A DNA stretch of 64,000 bases from an uncultured bacterium (lineage in GTDB: Bacteria; Chloroflexota; UBA5177; JANWHV01), in assembly GCA_963729625.1 (NCBI GenBank), contig CAVSOU010000010.1, positions 1-64,000 of the forward strand. Reading direction: 5' to 3'. Positions 19,318-31,138 of the stretch are shown in pieces; positions within the stretch are counted from its first letter, which is position 1, and each line of letters opens with the position of its first letter. Below the pieces are notes generated by a model. The model ran no database searches and was not told the DNA's origin. It saw only the letters and a list, made by a program, of their open reading frames with translations. Both the position numbers and the translations under genes were made by a program.

Positions 19318-20388
19318 CTACGACGACCGGCCGACGAAGGACCGCGCGAATTCTCGTATGTCATCGCGCCACGTAGCGCTCAGAGGCAGCGCGTCGAGGC
19401 TCCTCATCGCTGCGTGCCAGTGGTGATTCTCGCGCGCGAGTACAGCTTGGCGCGCTCCGGACGCGTCGAGGAGCTTACGAACGTGTTGCTCATCGCCAGA
19501 GACCGGCGCGCGGGCGTAGCACTTGCGCAATTCTTCCACAATCGCAGGCATCGCAGTCTCCAGCGCAGTAATGATCGGCAATGTCATCTTTCGGGTGGCG
19601 ATGTCGCTGGATGCGCTCTTTCCGGTCTCATACTCGTCGCCCCATATCCCAAGAATGTCGTCGCGTATCTGGAAGGCGATGCCGAGGTCGGTGCCGAAGG
19701 CACGGGTGACCTCGCGCATCGGTGCGATAGTGTTTGCTGCGAGCGCGCCCAGCCATGCCGCCTCGCCAATCAATCCAGCAGTCTTCCGGCCGATCATCTG
19801 CAGGTACAGCTTGGCGGACATGTCAAGGCTGCGCTCGCCCTTCATATCGAGGTACTGGCCTTCGCACAGTCGCAAGATTGTCGATTCAGCTGAACGAAGC
19901 GCAGCAACGAACGAAGCCGGATCGGTCTCGGCCATGGGGGATCCCAACCACGCCAGATGCGCAAGCGAGAACATGCCGTCGCCGGCATTGATCGCCTGAG
20001 GCTCGCCCCATAATGTCCACACGGTCTGCCTGTTTCGGCGAGTCTGACTGCGGTCCTCGATATCGTCGTGGATCAGGCTGAAATTGTGGAGCAATTCCAA
20101 GCCCGCGGCGAAGTGTGCGAGGTTCTCGGGCCGGGCTCCAAGCCCTTCGCCAATGAGCATGCACAGGCTCGGGCGCAAGCTCTTTCCCGGTCGGGCTTGA
20201 CGCGGCTGGAAGCTGGTGTCAACCCAGCCCAGGTGGTAGGACATCATGCCGTAGAACGGCTCGAGCCCGGGGCCGGGACCTATCAACTCCTTCATGACCA
20301 AACGTACGAGCTCGTTGTACCCCGCGAGCCGATCCGGCAGCGCGACGTAGTCGGAGCTAGCCCTTGCCGGTTGGCTTGAGGAAGGCAT
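19318..20388 (-). CDS. Polyprenyl diphosphate synthase (short-chain, GGPP-synthase-like)
   Basis: GKSLRP, FARM NFSLIHDDIED..RR, GQYLD, KT, FQIRDD. Confidence 0.93.
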   Translation of the reverse strand: MPSSSQPARASSDYVALPDRLAGYNELVRLVMKELIGPGPGLEPFYGMMSYHLGWVDTSFQPRQARPGKSLRPSLCMLIGEGLGARPENLAHFAAGLELLHNFSLIHDDIEDRSQTRRNRQTVWTLWGEPQAINAGDGMFSLAHLAWLGSPMAETDPASFVAALRSAESTILRLCEGQYLDMKGERSLDMSAKLYLQMIGRKTAGLIGEAAWLGALAANTIAPMREVTRAFGTDLGIAFQIRDDILGIWGDEYETGKSASSDIATRKMTLPIITALETAMPAIVEELRKCYARAPVSGDEQHVRKLLDASGARQAVLARENHHWHAAMRSLDALPLSATWRDDIREFARSFVGRSS

Positions 20389-20523
20389 CGAGTATCGTCT
20401 CCGTTCTGGCCGCAGGCGCGCGCAGCCATGCCACAGCTTGTCGCGAGGAGCCACGCACTGGTCGTGTGATATACTACCAGAGATTAAGAGGAGAATAATA
20501 CCCACCAAGGAGCAGTCGATCGG

Positions 20524-20787
20524 ATGGATAGCCAGACCAAAACAGGCTTGATCGCGCAATATGCCACGGTTTCCGGGGATACGGGATCACCGGAGGTGCA
20601 ATGCGCTCTTCTGACTCAGCGCATCAACGAGCTGCGCGAACACTTCAAGGTGCACAAACATGACCATCACTCCCGGCGCGGCTTGTTGATGATGGTAGGT
20701 CAAAGGAAGCGCCTGCTTGCGTACATCGCACAGCGGGATGTCGAGCGGTATCGCTCCTTACTGTCCCGGCTTGGCCTTCGCAAGTAG
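20524..20787 (+). CDS. rpsO: 30S ribosomal protein S15
   Basis: [25 protein letters not shown]. Confidence 0.99.
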   Translation: MDSQTKTGLIAQYATVSGDTGSPEVQCALLTQRINELREHFKVHKHDHHSRRGLLMMVGQRKRLLAYIAQRDVERYRSLLSRLGLRK

Positions 20788-20820
20788 CCGGAGACGTGCG
20801 CGTCTATGTTTGGAGGAGCG

Positions 20821-23061
20821 ATGAGTTTTCGCGATGAGGTTGAGGTCAGCGGAAAAGTGCTGTCGTTTGAGACAGGCGTGCTGGCCGGCCTGGCCGATGG
20901 CGCTGTTGTTGTGCGCTGCGGCGAGACTGTGGTACTTGCTACAGCGGTAGCCAGTGATGCACCCCGTGAGGGAGTAGATTTCTTCCCCCTGACCATCGAC
21001 TACGAGGAGAAGCTCTATTCGGCAGGGAAGATTCCCGGCGGCTTTATCAAGCGTGAGGGAAGGCCGAGTGAGCACGCAATACTTTCGGCGCGCTTGACGG
21101 ACAGGCCGCTGAGGCCGCTGTTCCCGAAGGGGTTTCGGAACGACGTCCAGGTGGTGATGACTGTACTTTCCACCGATCAAGAGAATGACCCAGATGTGCT
21201 GGGAGTGTGTGGCGCATCGTGCGCCTTGGCTATCTCGAGTATTCCGTTCAACGGGCCTATCGCAGCCGTGCGGGTCGGCTACGTGAACGACACGTTCATC
21301 ATCAATCCTACCGAGAGCGAGCTCAAATACAGCGATCTTGACCTGGTGGTGGCCGGAACCCGCGAGGCCGTCATGATGGTTGAAGGCGGCGCCCAGGAAT
21401 TGCCGGAGAGCCTGGTGCTGGAGGGGATCCGCCAGGGGCATCAAGCCTTGCAGCCAATCATCGACATGCAGGAGCGCATGGTTGCGGCGGCCGGCAAGCC
21501 CAAGCGAGAAGTTGCGGTCTACGTTCTGCCGGCCGAGATCAAGGCCGAAGTCGCGGAGCTTGTGCGTGCGGACCTCACTGAGGCTGCGTATAAGGAGCGG
21601 AAGGAAGAGCGTGAGGCTGCGGTCGACGTGGTGCAGAAGGCGGTGCTCGTCCGATTCGCGGACCGCATCGCCGCCGTGACTGTGGCCGAAAAGCAGGTGA
21701 AAGAGGCCTTCCAGGGCGAGCTTAAGGCGCTTATGCGCCGACGCATCTTGGAGGAGGGCATTCGTCCCGACCTCCGCGATCTCACGACTATTCGACCAAT
21801 CACGTGCGGTGTAGGGTTGTTGCCAAGGACGCACGGCAGCGGCCTGTTCACGAGAGGTCAAACTCAGGTACTGAGCATTTGTACACTCGGTCCAGGCACC
21901 GACGAGCAGATGATTGACGACATCACGCCGCAGTCCAAGAAGCGGTTCATGCACCAGTACAACTTTCCTCCGTTCAGCACCGGTGAGGCGCGCCCGCTGC
22001 GCGGGCCTGGCCGCCGCGAGATCGGCCACGGTGCATTGGTTGAGCGTGCAATCGCGGCCGTCGTGCCGGCTGAAGAGGACTTTCCTTACGTCATACGCGT
22101 CGTGTCCGAGGTTCTGAGCTCGAATGGCTCGTCGTCCATGGCTTCGGTGTGTGGAACAACACTTGCTCTCATGGATGCCGGTGTCCCTATCAGTGCACCG
22201 GTGGCCGGTGTGGCGATGGGCCTTATTACCGGCGACGCGGGGAAGTACGCCGTGCTTACCGATATCCAGGGAATGGAAGATTTCCTTGGTGATATGGACT
22301 TCAAGGTTGCGGGGACTGCCGACGGCGTTACCGGCATCCAGATGGACATCAAAGTCACAGGAATTACGTTCGAAGTTATGGAGAGGGCGCTGGAACAGGC
22401 GAACAAAGCGCGGCTATTTATCCTCGACAAGATGCTCGAAGTGATGCCTGAGCCGCGAGAGGAGCTCTCCCCGTATGCGCCGCGTATCGTCAAGATCCAG
22501 ATCAATCCAGAGAAGATCGGTGCCCTGATCGGTCCGGGCGGCAAGGTCATACGCAAGATTCAGGAAGAGTGCCAGGTGACGATCGAGGTGCAGGATGATG
22601 GCACTGTGCTCGTAGCCACGAACAATGGGGCCAATGCCGAGAAGGCCGTCAACCAGGTGAAATCCATCACCATGGATCTCGAGGTCGGCCAGGTCTACGA
22701 TGGCGTTGTTAAGCGCGTGATTGGCATCGGCGCCTTCGTCGAGGTGCTCCCGGGCAAGGAAGGGCTGGTCCACATCTCGCAGTTAGCGGCGCAGCGGGTC
22801 GAACAGGTTGAAGATGTGGTCAAGGTCGGCGATCACCTTATGGTGAAGGTCGTGGAGGTGGACAGCCAGGGCCGGGTGAATTTGTCGCATAAGGCCACGC
22901 TGCCCGGCTTTGAGGACGTGCAGGTGCCGCCTCGCGGCGATCGACGCCCATCTGGTGGCGGGTTCAATGGCGATCGTCGCGGCGGCCCGGGCGGGCGAGG
23001 TGGCCCGGATCGTGGCGGATTCGACCGTGGAGGACCGCCGCGTGACAGGCCGCGGTACTAG
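20821..23061 (+). CDS. pnp: Polyribonucleotide nucleotidyltransferase
   Basis: DFFPLTIDYEE, RREIGHG, SNGSSSMASVC, GDMDFKVAGT, KH and S1 domains. Confidence 0.99.
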   Translation: MSFRDEVEVSGKVLSFETGVLAGLADGAVVVRCGETVVLATAVASDAPREGVDFFPLTIDYEEKLYSAGKIPGGFIKREGRPSEHAILSARLTDRPLRPLFPKGFRNDVQVVMTVLSTDQENDPDVLGVCGASCALAISSIPFNGPIAAVRVGYVNDTFIINPTESELKYSDLDLVVAGTREAVMMVEGGAQELPESLVLEGIRQGHQALQPIIDMQERMVAAAGKPKREVAVYVLPAEIKAEVAELVRADLTEAAYKERKEEREAAVDVVQKAVLVRFADRIAAVTVAEKQVKEAFQGELKALMRRRILEEGIRPDLRDLTTIRPITCGVGLLPRTHGSGLFTRGQTQVLSICTLGPGTDEQMIDDITPQSKKRFMHQYNFPPFSTGEARPLRGPGRREIGHGALVERAIAAVVPAEEDFPYVIRVVSEVLSSNGSSSMASVCGTTLALMDAGVPISAPVAGVAMGLITGDAGKYAVLTDIQGMEDFLGDMDFKVAGTADGVTGIQMDIKVTGITFEVMERALEQANKARLFILDKMLEVMPEPREELSPYAPRIVKIQINPEKIGALIGPGGKVIRKIQEECQVTIEVQDDGTVLVATNNGANAEKAVNQVKSITMDLEVGQVYDGVVKRVIGIGAFVEVLPGKEGLVHISQLAAQRVEQVEDVVKVGDHLMVKVVEVDSQGRVNLSHKATLPGFEDVQVPPRGDRRPSGGGFNGDRRGGPGGRGGPDRGGFDRGGPPRDRPRY

Positions 23062-23090
23062 GGGCGAGCATCTCTTTTGACATAACGTAC

Positions 23091-23135
23091 GGCCGGCCCC
23101 GGCGGTCTCGAGACTGTTCGGGGTCGGCTGGTTTC
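23091..23135 (+). terminator. Hairpin after pnp
   Basis: gccggccccg...cggggtcggc stem followed by tggtttc. Confidence 0.5.
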
Positions 23136-23172
23136 ATAGCAGGTGGGAGATGTCGAGGGTGCGGAGGGCCAA

Positions 23173-23841
23173 ATGAACGAACGGCACCATCAATTTGGCG
23201 TCCTCTATGCGGAAGTCAGTGCATGCCCGAACTGTGTGTTGTCCCGCACGCGTATCAAGGCCGTGCCTGGCGAAGGGCCCGTCGATGCGGAGGTGATGTT
23301 CATCGGCGAGGGCCCCGGGTTCCATGAGGACCGGCAGGGCCGGCCGTTCGTTGGCCCGGCGGGCCGGTTCCTGGAAGAGCTGCTCACGAGCATTGGATTC
23401 CGACGCGAACAGGTGTATATCACCAACGTTGTCAAATGCCGGCCACCGGAGAACCGCGACCCGGCGCCGGGCGAAATCGCGGCCTGCTCTCCCTACCTCG
23501 ATCGACAGCTCGCGATCATCAATCCGAAGGTTGTGGTTACGTTGGGCCGATACTCTATGGCGCGCTTCTTCCCAGGACAATCGATCACGCGCATTCATGG
23601 CCAGCCAAAGCATGAGGACGGCCGCACCATTCTTCCCCTCTTCCACCCGGCCGCCGGTCTCCGCAGTCCGGACGTCGCGGCGATGACCAGGCAGGATATG
23701 CAACGGATTCCTGCCCTGGTCGACGAGGCGCGGAATCGCAGAGACTTGCCTGCTGCCAAGGCTGTCACCGGGACTCTCGCGCCGGCCCCCGTGTCTCCGG
23801 GCACGGACGAATCCGGACCGAAGCAACTGTCGCTGTTTTGA
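23173..23841 (+). CDS. Uracil-DNA glycosylase, family 4 (Fe-S)
   Basis: CPNC, FIGEGPG, GRPFVGPAG, NVVKCRPPENRDP, FHPA. Confidence 0.95.
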   Translation: MNERHHQFGVLYAEVSACPNCVLSRTRIKAVPGEGPVDAEVMFIGEGPGFHEDRQGRPFVGPAGRFLEELLTSIGFRREQVYITNVVKCRPPENRDPAPGEIAACSPYLDRQLAIINPKVVVTLGRYSMARFFPGQSITRIHGQPKHEDGRTILPLFHPAAGLRSPDVAAMTRQDMQRIPALVDEARNRRDLPAAKAVTGTLAPAPVSPGTDESGPKQLSLF

Positions 23842-23866
23842 CGGCCCCGACGGCTTCCTGGCAATT

Positions 23867-25568
23867 ATGACGAACGAGGCGGCAATCCAAGGAGTTGACG
23901 GTCGCCTCCGTCGCGGCCCCCGCCTGCGCGCGATTCCGCTTGGCGGTCTCGAAGAGATTGGCAAGAACATGATGGTCTTCGAGTTTGGAGACGACATCGT
24001 GGTTGTCGACGCCGGTCTCATGTTCCCAGACGATTCCATGTTCGGCATCGACCTGGTGATCCAGGACGTGAGCTACCTGGAGGAACGCCGAGATCGCGTG
24101 CGCGGGTACATTATCACCCATGGCCACGAAGACCACACGGGCGCGCTTGCCCTATATATTGCCAAGGGTTCCCGCGCCGGTGTATGCGGCGGCGCTCACC
24201 CGCGGGCTGATCGAAGTTAAGCTTCGGGAGCACAAGCTCTACGATACGGTGTCTATGGTGACGGTCGTTCCGGGCTCGGCGATTACTCTGGGCAGCTTTT
24301 CCGTCGAGTTCTTCCACCAGTGCCACAGTATTCCGGATGCCTTGGGCGTTGCCCTGCACACGCCGGTCGGGACCGTCGTGCACACCGGCGATTTCAAGTT
24401 TGATCAACGGCCGGTGAACGGCAAGCCTCCCGACTACGGCACGCTGGCTCGCTTGGGAAGCATGGGCGTGCTTGCCCTCTTTTCGGACAGCACGCGAGCT
24501 GACTCCCCCGGCTTTACTCCGTCGGAAGCTGTGGTGACTGAGGGTCTGAGGCGTGTTTTCGCGCGCGCCAAGGGCAGGATCATCGTCGCCACCTTCGCAA
24601 GCCTTATCGCTCGTGTGCAACAGGTGGTCGACGCGGCAGTCGAAGGTGATCGCCGGGTGGCGATTATCGGCCGCAGCATGGTCAACAATGTGAGCCGAGC
24701 GATCGAACTGGGTTATCTGCGCGTGCCTCCCGGCGTATTTGCACGCCTCGACGAGATTGACAGCATCCCGCGGCAGCGGCTGGCTGTTGTCACGACCGGG
24801 AGCCAGGGGGAGCCGACGAGCGCCCTCACACGAATGGCTTTCGGTGATCAGAAGCACTTGACTATCGAGCCTGGTGACACCGTGATAATCTCGGCCACGC
24901 CGGTGCCGGGAAATGAAGAGTCGGTTGCGCGTAACGTCAATAATCTGTTCAAACTTGGCGCTAACGTGGTTTACGAGCCTCTCGAGCAGGTGCACGTGAC
25001 TGGCCACGGATCGGCGGAAGATCTCAAGCTGATGATTGGCTTGCTCAAGCCTCGCTACCTCGTGCCAATGCACGGTGAGTACCGGCACCTGGTCATGCAC
25101 AAGCGCCTAGCGATGCAGATGGGCGTCCCGGAAGAGCGAATCATCATTGCCGAGAATGGCGCCGTGTTGGAGACTGACGGAGTGCATTTGCTGCGCTCCG
25201 GCACAGTTGCAGCCGGAAAGGTGTACGTGGATGGGCTTGGCGTCGGCGACATCGGCGATGTCGTGCTGCGCGATCGCCAGATGCTTGCACGGGATGGAGT
25301 GGTCGTGGTCCTAGTCACGATGGATCGGCGAACACGCCGGCCTGCGGCCGCCCCCAATCTCGTAACGAGAGGCTTCATTCACGTAAACAATGCGGACGCC
25401 CTCATTGAAATGGCGCGTGCGGTTGTGTACGATGCCTTGGACGCCCACCTCGACGAGTCGGGGGAGTGGGCGTACGTGCAAGCAAAGATTCAGGAAGCCC
25501 TCAAGAAGTTCCTCTATTCCAAGACCAAGCGCCGGCCGATGATCATTCCGGTGGTGATGGAGGTTTGA
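23867..25568 (+). CDS. rnj: Ribonuclease J, split by a +1 frameshift at ~24146-24149
   Basis: PLGGLEEIGKNM and THGHEDH in the first frame; LPYIL..HSIPD..HTGDFK..TGSQGEP..HVTGH in the next frame. Confidence 0.92.
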
Positions 25569-25591
25569 GGAGCCGGAAAAGCGAAGTCAAC

Positions 25592-27913
25592 ATGGCAGTC
25601 CGCAAGCCCGTACCTCAAAGCGGCCCGGCTAGTCGCGGACCGAAGACATCTCACCAGACCGAAAAGGCTCAGCGTACGCGAGCGAAGCGTGCCGGAACGG
25701 GTGACAGCGCTGTTCCGGTCGATGGTCAGTGGGTCCCGGTTGTTTCGCGGAGCGAACGCTGGCGGGACGCGGCGAGGCTTTCGGTTGTCGCTGTTGGCGT
25801 CGGGCTTGCGCTAATGGTGGTCAACCGGACTGCTGCCGGTCCATTCGTTGTCTCCGCGCTCGATTGGGCCGCCTATCTCCTGCCCCCTCTCCTCGTAGCT
25901 GCCGGGCTCGATCTCCTGCGGAGGACGACGCGCGGACGCCCGCTTCTTCACCTTGAGGAGACGTGCGGTCTGCTGGCGCTCTTCGCAGCAGGCCTCGTCT
26001 CACTCGGAGCCGGTCACCACGCCGGACCATTTGGAAATGAAGTCGCGACCCAACTGCACGCGTATGTTGGTGCGGAAGGTGTTCCTCTTGCCGCCACGTT
26101 CCTCGTGGCCTGTGGTATGGTGCTCGCGTTCCACGTCACTGCAGGCCACGGCTGGCGCGGTCTGGCTCTTGGGTTCAAAGTAACTTTCCGACTCTGCGTG
26201 CTTAGCTGCCGTGCGATCGTCCGCCTTGGTCGCCTGCCTCGTCGCGGGCAACCGCGTCCACCCGCGGTGGCGGATGGTGAGCAACAATCGAACCGCGCAC
26301 CTCGGGCCAAGCACCTGTCGCCGGCCGCGAAGAATGTTGTGGCGTTGACTGCGGATGATTCCGATCTTGATCCGCCGGTCGAGGCCCTTGCCTTGATGAT
26401 TCCAAGCCTCGTCCCGGACGAGGAGGAACCGGACGATGCCTTAGCCGGCCTTGAGCCCGAGCCGGCTTGGGTCTATCCTCCTCTGTCGCTGCTCGACAGT
26501 GTGGTGCAGGACGACGAAGCATCCCCGATCGACAATGCACTTCGCAGCCGGATTATCGAGGACACCTTGAATGCGTTCAGCGTGCGAGCCAGAGTCGTCG
26601 GATCGCACACTGGCCCGGCCATCACGCAGTTCGACGTACAGCCCGAGCGTGGAACGCGCGTGCAGCGTGTGACCGCGCTGCAGAACGACCTCGCGCTGGC
26701 TCTGGCGGCTCGCAGCATTCGTATCCAGGCCCCGGTTCCAGGGCAGAACGTGATCGGGATCGAGATACCGAATGCTAGGACGGCCAAAGTGACGCTCCGC
26801 GAGGTGCTCGAATCCGAACCCTGCTCGAAACTCAAATCGCCGCTCAAGATTGCCCTTGGCAAGGATGTCTCGGGCGGCGCGGTGATGGCAGACCTTGCGC
26901 GGATGCCGCACCTGCTGATCGCCGGCGCCACTGGGTCGGGCAAGAGCGTGTGCTTGAACTCGTTGATCAGCTGCCTGCTGTATCACAATAGTCCCGATCG
27001 ACTTCGATTGCTGATGGTCGACCCAAAGATGGTTGAGCTCGCGGTGTTCAACGATGTGCCTCACCTGCTGGCTCCCGTAGTCACCGACGCCACGAAGGTT
27101 ACTGGAACCCTGAAGTGGGCACTGAAGGAGATGCATCGCCGGTACAAGCTGTTTGCAAAGCGCGGCGCAAGGAACCTCGCGCGCTACAACGAGATGCAAT
27201 ATGATCCCAAGGAGGTACTGCCGTTCATCGTGATCATCATCGACGAGCTGGCCGACCTGATGATGGTCGCAGCGGAAGACGTGGAAGAAGGGATATGCCG
27301 GCTTGCGCAACTGGCGCGGGCAACCGGCATGCATCTGGTTCTGGCCACACAGCGGCCCTCGGTCGACGTTGTCACGGGATTGATCAAGGCAAACTTTCCC
27401 GCGCGCATCGCATTCGCGGTCAGCTCGCAGGTAGACTCTCGCACCATTCTCGACCAGTCCGGCGCGGAGAAATTGTTGGGCAGAGGCGATATGCTCTACC
27501 TACCGAGCGACGAGGGAAAGCCGATCCGGGTGCAAGGTGCGTACGTGTCCGATTGTGAGATCGAGAACCTAGTCGGCTTCTGGAAGACGAACTCCTCGCG
27601 ACCAGTGGAGATGATTCCGGCAGGCGAGCTCGAGCCGCCTCCGAAGGTAGAGGAGCCAGACACAGATGACTCGCTGCTCGACGATGCAGTGCGGATTCTG
27701 CGTGAGTATCGACGTGCTTCGGTGTCCCTTCTGCAGCGCCGGTTGAGCATCGGCTATACGCGCGCGGCTCGACTGCTGGATGTGCTGGAGGATCGCGGCG
27801 TCGTCGGGCCTTCCGAGGATGGCCGCTCGCGCATCGTGCTCGACGTTGGCGGGCCAAGCATCCAGGAGCCCGCAGAGGCAGCCCTGGTTGACGACGACGC
27901 GCCACCATTGTGA
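25592..27913 (+). CDS. ftsK: DNA translocase FtsK/SpoIIIE
   Basis: N-terminal TMs, MPHLLIAGATGSGKS, DELADLM, ATQRPSVDV, GAEKLLGRGDML, gamma domain. Confidence 0.97.
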   Translation: MAVRKPVPQSGPASRGPKTSHQTEKAQRTRAKRAGTGDSAVPVDGQWVPVVSRSERWRDAARLSVVAVGVGLALMVVNRTAAGPFVVSALDWAAYLLPPLLVAAGLDLLRRTTRGRPLLHLEETCGLLALFAAGLVSLGAGHHAGPFGNEVATQLHAYVGAEGVPLAATFLVACGMVLAFHVTAGHGWRGLALGFKVTFRLCVLSCRAIVRLGRLPRRGQPRPPAVADGEQQSNRAPRAKHLSPAAKNVVALTADDSDLDPPVEALALMIPSLVPDEEEPDDALAGLEPEPAWVYPPLSLLDSVVQDDEASPIDNALRSRIIEDTLNAFSVRARVVGSHTGPAITQFDVQPERGTRVQRVTALQNDLALALAARSIRIQAPVPGQNVIGIEIPNARTAKVTLREVLESEPCSKLKSPLKIALGKDVSGGAVMADLARMPHLLIAGATGSGKSVCLNSLISCLLYHNSPDRLRLLMVDPKMVELAVFNDVPHLLAPVVTDATKVTGTLKWALKEMHRRYKLFAKRGARNLARYNEMQYDPKEVLPFIVIIIDELADLMMVAAEDVEEGICRLAQLARATGMHLVLATQRPSVDVVTGLIKANFPARIAFAVSSQVDSRTILDQSGAEKLLGRGDMLYLPSDEGKPIRVQGAYVSDCEIENLVGFWKTNSSRPVEMIPAGELEPPPKVEEPDTDDSLLDDAVRILREYRRASVSLLQRRLSIGYTRAARLLDVLEDRGVVGPSEDGRSRIVLDVGGPSIQEPAEAALVDDDAPPL

Positions 27914-27931
27914 TTAGCGTCGTATAGTCTG

Positions 27932-30175
27932 CTAGCTGCCTGGGGCGCTCAATGAATCAAGAGCAGATTCGTACGCTTGCGTGAGCGTCGACAGCTCGAG
28001 CGCGAAGAGGCCCTTCCAGGTCACTGTGTTGCCGTCGACATGGCCGATCAGTTGTAGCGGCACGTCGAAGGCCTCTGCCAGCGCCTCAAGCCGCGCAAGG
28101 TCGCGATAGCCGAGGCTGGCCACGATCCGTGCAGGGCCCTCTCCGAACAGGGCCTGATTGCGTTGTCCTTCGACGACCGCATCGTCTATTTCCGCTCCGA
28201 GCCCTCCGGCCAGCGCGCTCTCGACAAGTGCCACGGCAATGCCGCCATCACTGCAGTCATGAGCTGACTGAAGTATCCCTGCCTCGATCGCCTTGCGACA
28301 GACCAACTGGACGCGGCACTCAAGGTCGATGTCCAGAGGTGCGAGCTGTCCACACGGTGACAGCCCGCGCGATTGGGCGTAGACGCTACCCGCCAACGAC
28401 ACGTCGTCGGGTCCGATGAGGACGATGACATCACCTTCGCGCTTGAAGCCCGGCGTGCAGATCTTGCGCGCGTCGGCGATCTGGCCGGCCATGCCCACCA
28501 CCGGCGTTGGGTAGATCGCTCCCCACTGGCTCTCGTTGTAGAGGCTGACGTTGCCGCTAACGACGGGTATCGACAGTGCCCTGCAAGCGTCCGCCATGCC
28601 CGCGATTGCTTGCTCGAGCTGGTAGTAGATCTCAGGCCTCTCGGGATTGCCAAAGTTCAGGCAATCGGTGACACAGAGCGGCTTTGCCCCGACGCAGACG
28701 AGGTTGCGTGCTGCTTCCAGTACGGCAAGGGCACCGCCGATATACGGCTCGAGGTAGCAATGCCGTCCATTGCCGTCGATCGTGAGCGCGATCGCATCCC
28801 GCCGCCCCTTCAATCGCAGGACCGCAGCGTCCGCCCCGGGAGGAACGACGGTATTCGTCTGAATCGTGTGGTCGTATTGGCGCCACACCCGGCGCTTGCT
28901 TCCGATGTTCGGGTGCGCCAGTAGCGTCACCAGCGCCTGACCGAAATCGCCGGTGTCAGGCAACACATACGGTCGCGCGCGCAGATCTTGGACCTCAGGA
29001 TCCTCGACTCCCTCGAGCGTGTATGCGGGACACTGCTCGGTAAAGAGCCTGACCGGGACCTCGGCCACGATCTCGGCGCCATCTCGCACACGCATGATGT
29101 TGTCGTCAGTCACTGCTCCGATGACTGCGTGCGGGAGCTCCCAGCGATCAAGCACGGCCTCCACCTCCGCCAGCAGGTGTGGTTGAACCGCGACGAGCAT
29201 TCGTTCCTGGCTTTCGCTGAGCATCACCTCGTACGCGGTCATCTTCGGCGCTCTGCGCGGCGCGAGGGCGATGTCGATATCGATGCCGGCGCCGGTCTTG
29301 TCGGCCATTTCCACGGTCGAGCTCGTCAGTCCGGCAGCGCCGAGATCCTGCATGCCGGCGATGATGCCGCGATCTCGCAAGTGCAAGCAGGCTTCCATGA
29401 GCAGCTTCTCCGTAAGCGGGTCTCCGACCTGGACGGCCGGCCGGCGTTCGTCGGACTTCTCGTCGAGCTCAACTGAGGCGAAGGTCGCGCCATGAATCCC
29501 ATCACGGCCGGTTGCTGCGCCGACGAGAATGAGGAGGTTGCCGGGAGCGCCCGCATGCGCGCGGACGATTTTAGCTTCATCGACCAGGCCCACGCACATG
29601 GCATTCACCAATGGGTTTCCGGCGTAGCACGGCTCGAACACGGTCTCTCCGCCGACCGTGGGAATGCCCATGCAGTTACCGTACCCACCCACACCGGCAA
29701 CGACACCGCCGAAAATGTGACGAAGCCATGCATCATCGTCTGCCGGGGTGCTCGAACCAGGTGCACCCGAGGGCGTGCCGAACCGCAGCGAATCGAGCAT
29801 CGCGATTGGCCGGGCGCCCATGGTGAATATGTCACGAAGAATGCCGCCCACTCCGGTTGCCGCACCCTGATATGGCTCGATGGCGCTGGGGTGGTTGTGG
29901 CTTTCTACCTTCAGCACCAGAGCAAGTCCATCGCCTAGACTCACCGCGCCCGCATTTTCACCTGGGCCTTGCAAGACGCCGGTTCCACCCGTGGGGAATC
30001 GCTTGAGTAATGGTCGCGAATGCTTATAGCCGCAATGCTCGGACCACATCGCTCCAAACATGCCGAGCTCGACTGCCGTGGGCGCTCTGCCAAGTAGGGC
30101 GACGATCCGATCATATTCATCTGGAATAAGGCCGATGATACGCAATTGCGCTGGCGAGGGTCGTTCGTCACCCAT
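27932..30175 (-). CDS. purL: Phosphoribosylformylglycinamidine synthase subunit PurL (small form)
   Basis: [39 protein letters not shown]. Confidence 0.98.
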   Translation of the reverse strand: MGDERPSPAQLRIIGLIPDEYDRIVALLGRAPTAVELGMFGAMWSEHCGYKHSRPLLKRFPTGGTGVLQGPGENAGAVSLGDGLALVLKVESHNHPSAIEPYQGAATGVGGILRDIFTMGARPIAMLDSLRFGTPSGAPGSSTPADDDAWLRHIFGGVVAGVGGYGNCMGIPTVGGETVFEPCYAGNPLVNAMCVGLVDEAKIVRAHAGAPGNLLILVGAATGRDGIHGATFASVELDEKSDERRPAVQVGDPLTEKLLMEACLHLRDRGIIAGMQDLGAAGLTSSTVEMADKTGAGIDIDIALAPRRAPKMTAYEVMLSESQERMLVAVQPHLLAEVEAVLDRWELPHAVIGAVTDDNIMRVRDGAEIVAEVPVRLFTEQCPAYTLEGVEDPEVQDLRARPYVLPDTGDFGQALVTLLAHPNIGSKRRVWRQYDHTIQTNTVVPPGADAAVLRLKGRRDAIALTIDGNGRHCYLEPYIGGALAVLEAARNLVCVGAKPLCVTDCLNFGNPERPEIYYQLEQAIAGMADACRALSIPVVSGNVSLYNESQWGAIYPTPVVGMAGQIADARKICTPGFKREGDVIVLIGPDDVSLAGSVYAQSRGLSPCGQLAPLDIDLECRVQLVCRKAIEAGILQSAHDCSDGGIAVALVESALAGGLGAEIDDAVVEGQRNQALFGEGPARIVASLGYRDLARLEALAEAFDVPLQLIGHVDGNTVTWKGLFALELSTLTQAYESALDSLSAPGS

Positions 30176-30860
30176 GCATGGCCTCGATCATAGACCGGAA
30201 CACAATCGCTCCATCGGTGCCCCCAAGCAGCGGATCGCACGCCCGCTCGGGATGCGGCATCAACCCGAAGACCGTTCCCTCGCGATTTTGTATCCCGGCG
30301 ATGGCCCAGATCGAGCCGTTCGGATTCGCGGAGGCTTCCAGCGCACCGTCGTCGAGGCAGTACCGAAGGAGAATCTGGCCGTCCGCCGAGATCCGGGCGA
30401 GCTCATCCCCATCGCAATGGTAGCGCCCTTCGCCGTGCGAGATCGGCATTCGCAGGACTGTACCGGCAGGTGTGCCACCTAGAAACATGCGGCTGGGCGC
30501 ATCGACAATCAGGCTGGCCCATTGGCAGCGAAACTCAAGCGAGTCATTGCGCAAAAGGGCGCCAGGCAGTAGGCCCGCCTCGGCAAGTACCTGCATACCG
30601 TTGCAGATGCCGAGGACTGGTTTTCCACAGGCGACATGCTGAAACACGGCGTCCATTATCGGGGAGAACCTTGCGATAGCCCCGCATCGGAGATAATCGC
30701 CGTGTGCAAAGCCGCCCGGAAGCACGACCGCGTCGGCTCCGCGAAGATCAGTCTCCTGGTGCCATATGATCTCGGCGTCCTGATCAAACAGCGTGGTCAG
30801 GATGTACCTAGTATCTTCGTCACAATTCGACCCTGGGAACGCTACCACCGTCCACTTCAC
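30168..30860 (-). CDS. purQ: FGAM synthase glutaminase subunit PurQ
   Basis: [28 protein letters not shown]. Confidence 0.98.
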   Translation of the reverse strand: MKWTVVAFPGSNCDEDTRYILTTLFDQDAEIIWHQETDLRGADAVVLPGGFAHGDYLRCGAIARFSPIMDAVFQHVACGKPVLGICNGMQVLAEAGLLPGALLRNDSLEFRCQWASLIVDAPSRMFLGGTPAGTVLRMPISHGEGRYHCDGDELARISADGQILLRYCLDDGALEASANPNGSIWAIAGIQNREGTVFGLMPHPERACDPLLGGTDGAIVFRSMIEAMHG

Positions 30861-31138
30861 GTCGACGTCCCATCCGCCATGACGACAGTGAACGTTTCGA
30901 TTACGGGGTTGCTTAGCAACCGCTCACATGCGGATCGTGCCTGCGCAAGCGCGCTCTCGCCTGTCGGCGCCGCCACAGTCAGCCGGAAGTACTTGCCGGC
31001 GTGGACTTCGCCGATCGAGCTGTAGCCCATAGCATGCAAGCCGCGCAAGATTGCTTTGCCCTGCGTGTCAAGCACCGCCGGCCGCAGGGTGACGCGTACG
31101 TCGATGCCGTACGTCATTGGCGCCTCTACGTCAGTCAT
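30857..31138 (-). CDS. purS: FGAM synthase subunit PurS
   Basis: LDTQGKAI...GKYF...CERLLSNPVIE; lies between purC and purQ. Confidence 0.95.
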   Translation of the reverse strand: MTDVEAPMTYGIDVRVTLRPAVLDTQGKAILRGLHAMGYSSIGEVHAGKYFRLTVAAPTGESALAQARSACERLLSNPVIETFTVVMADGTST

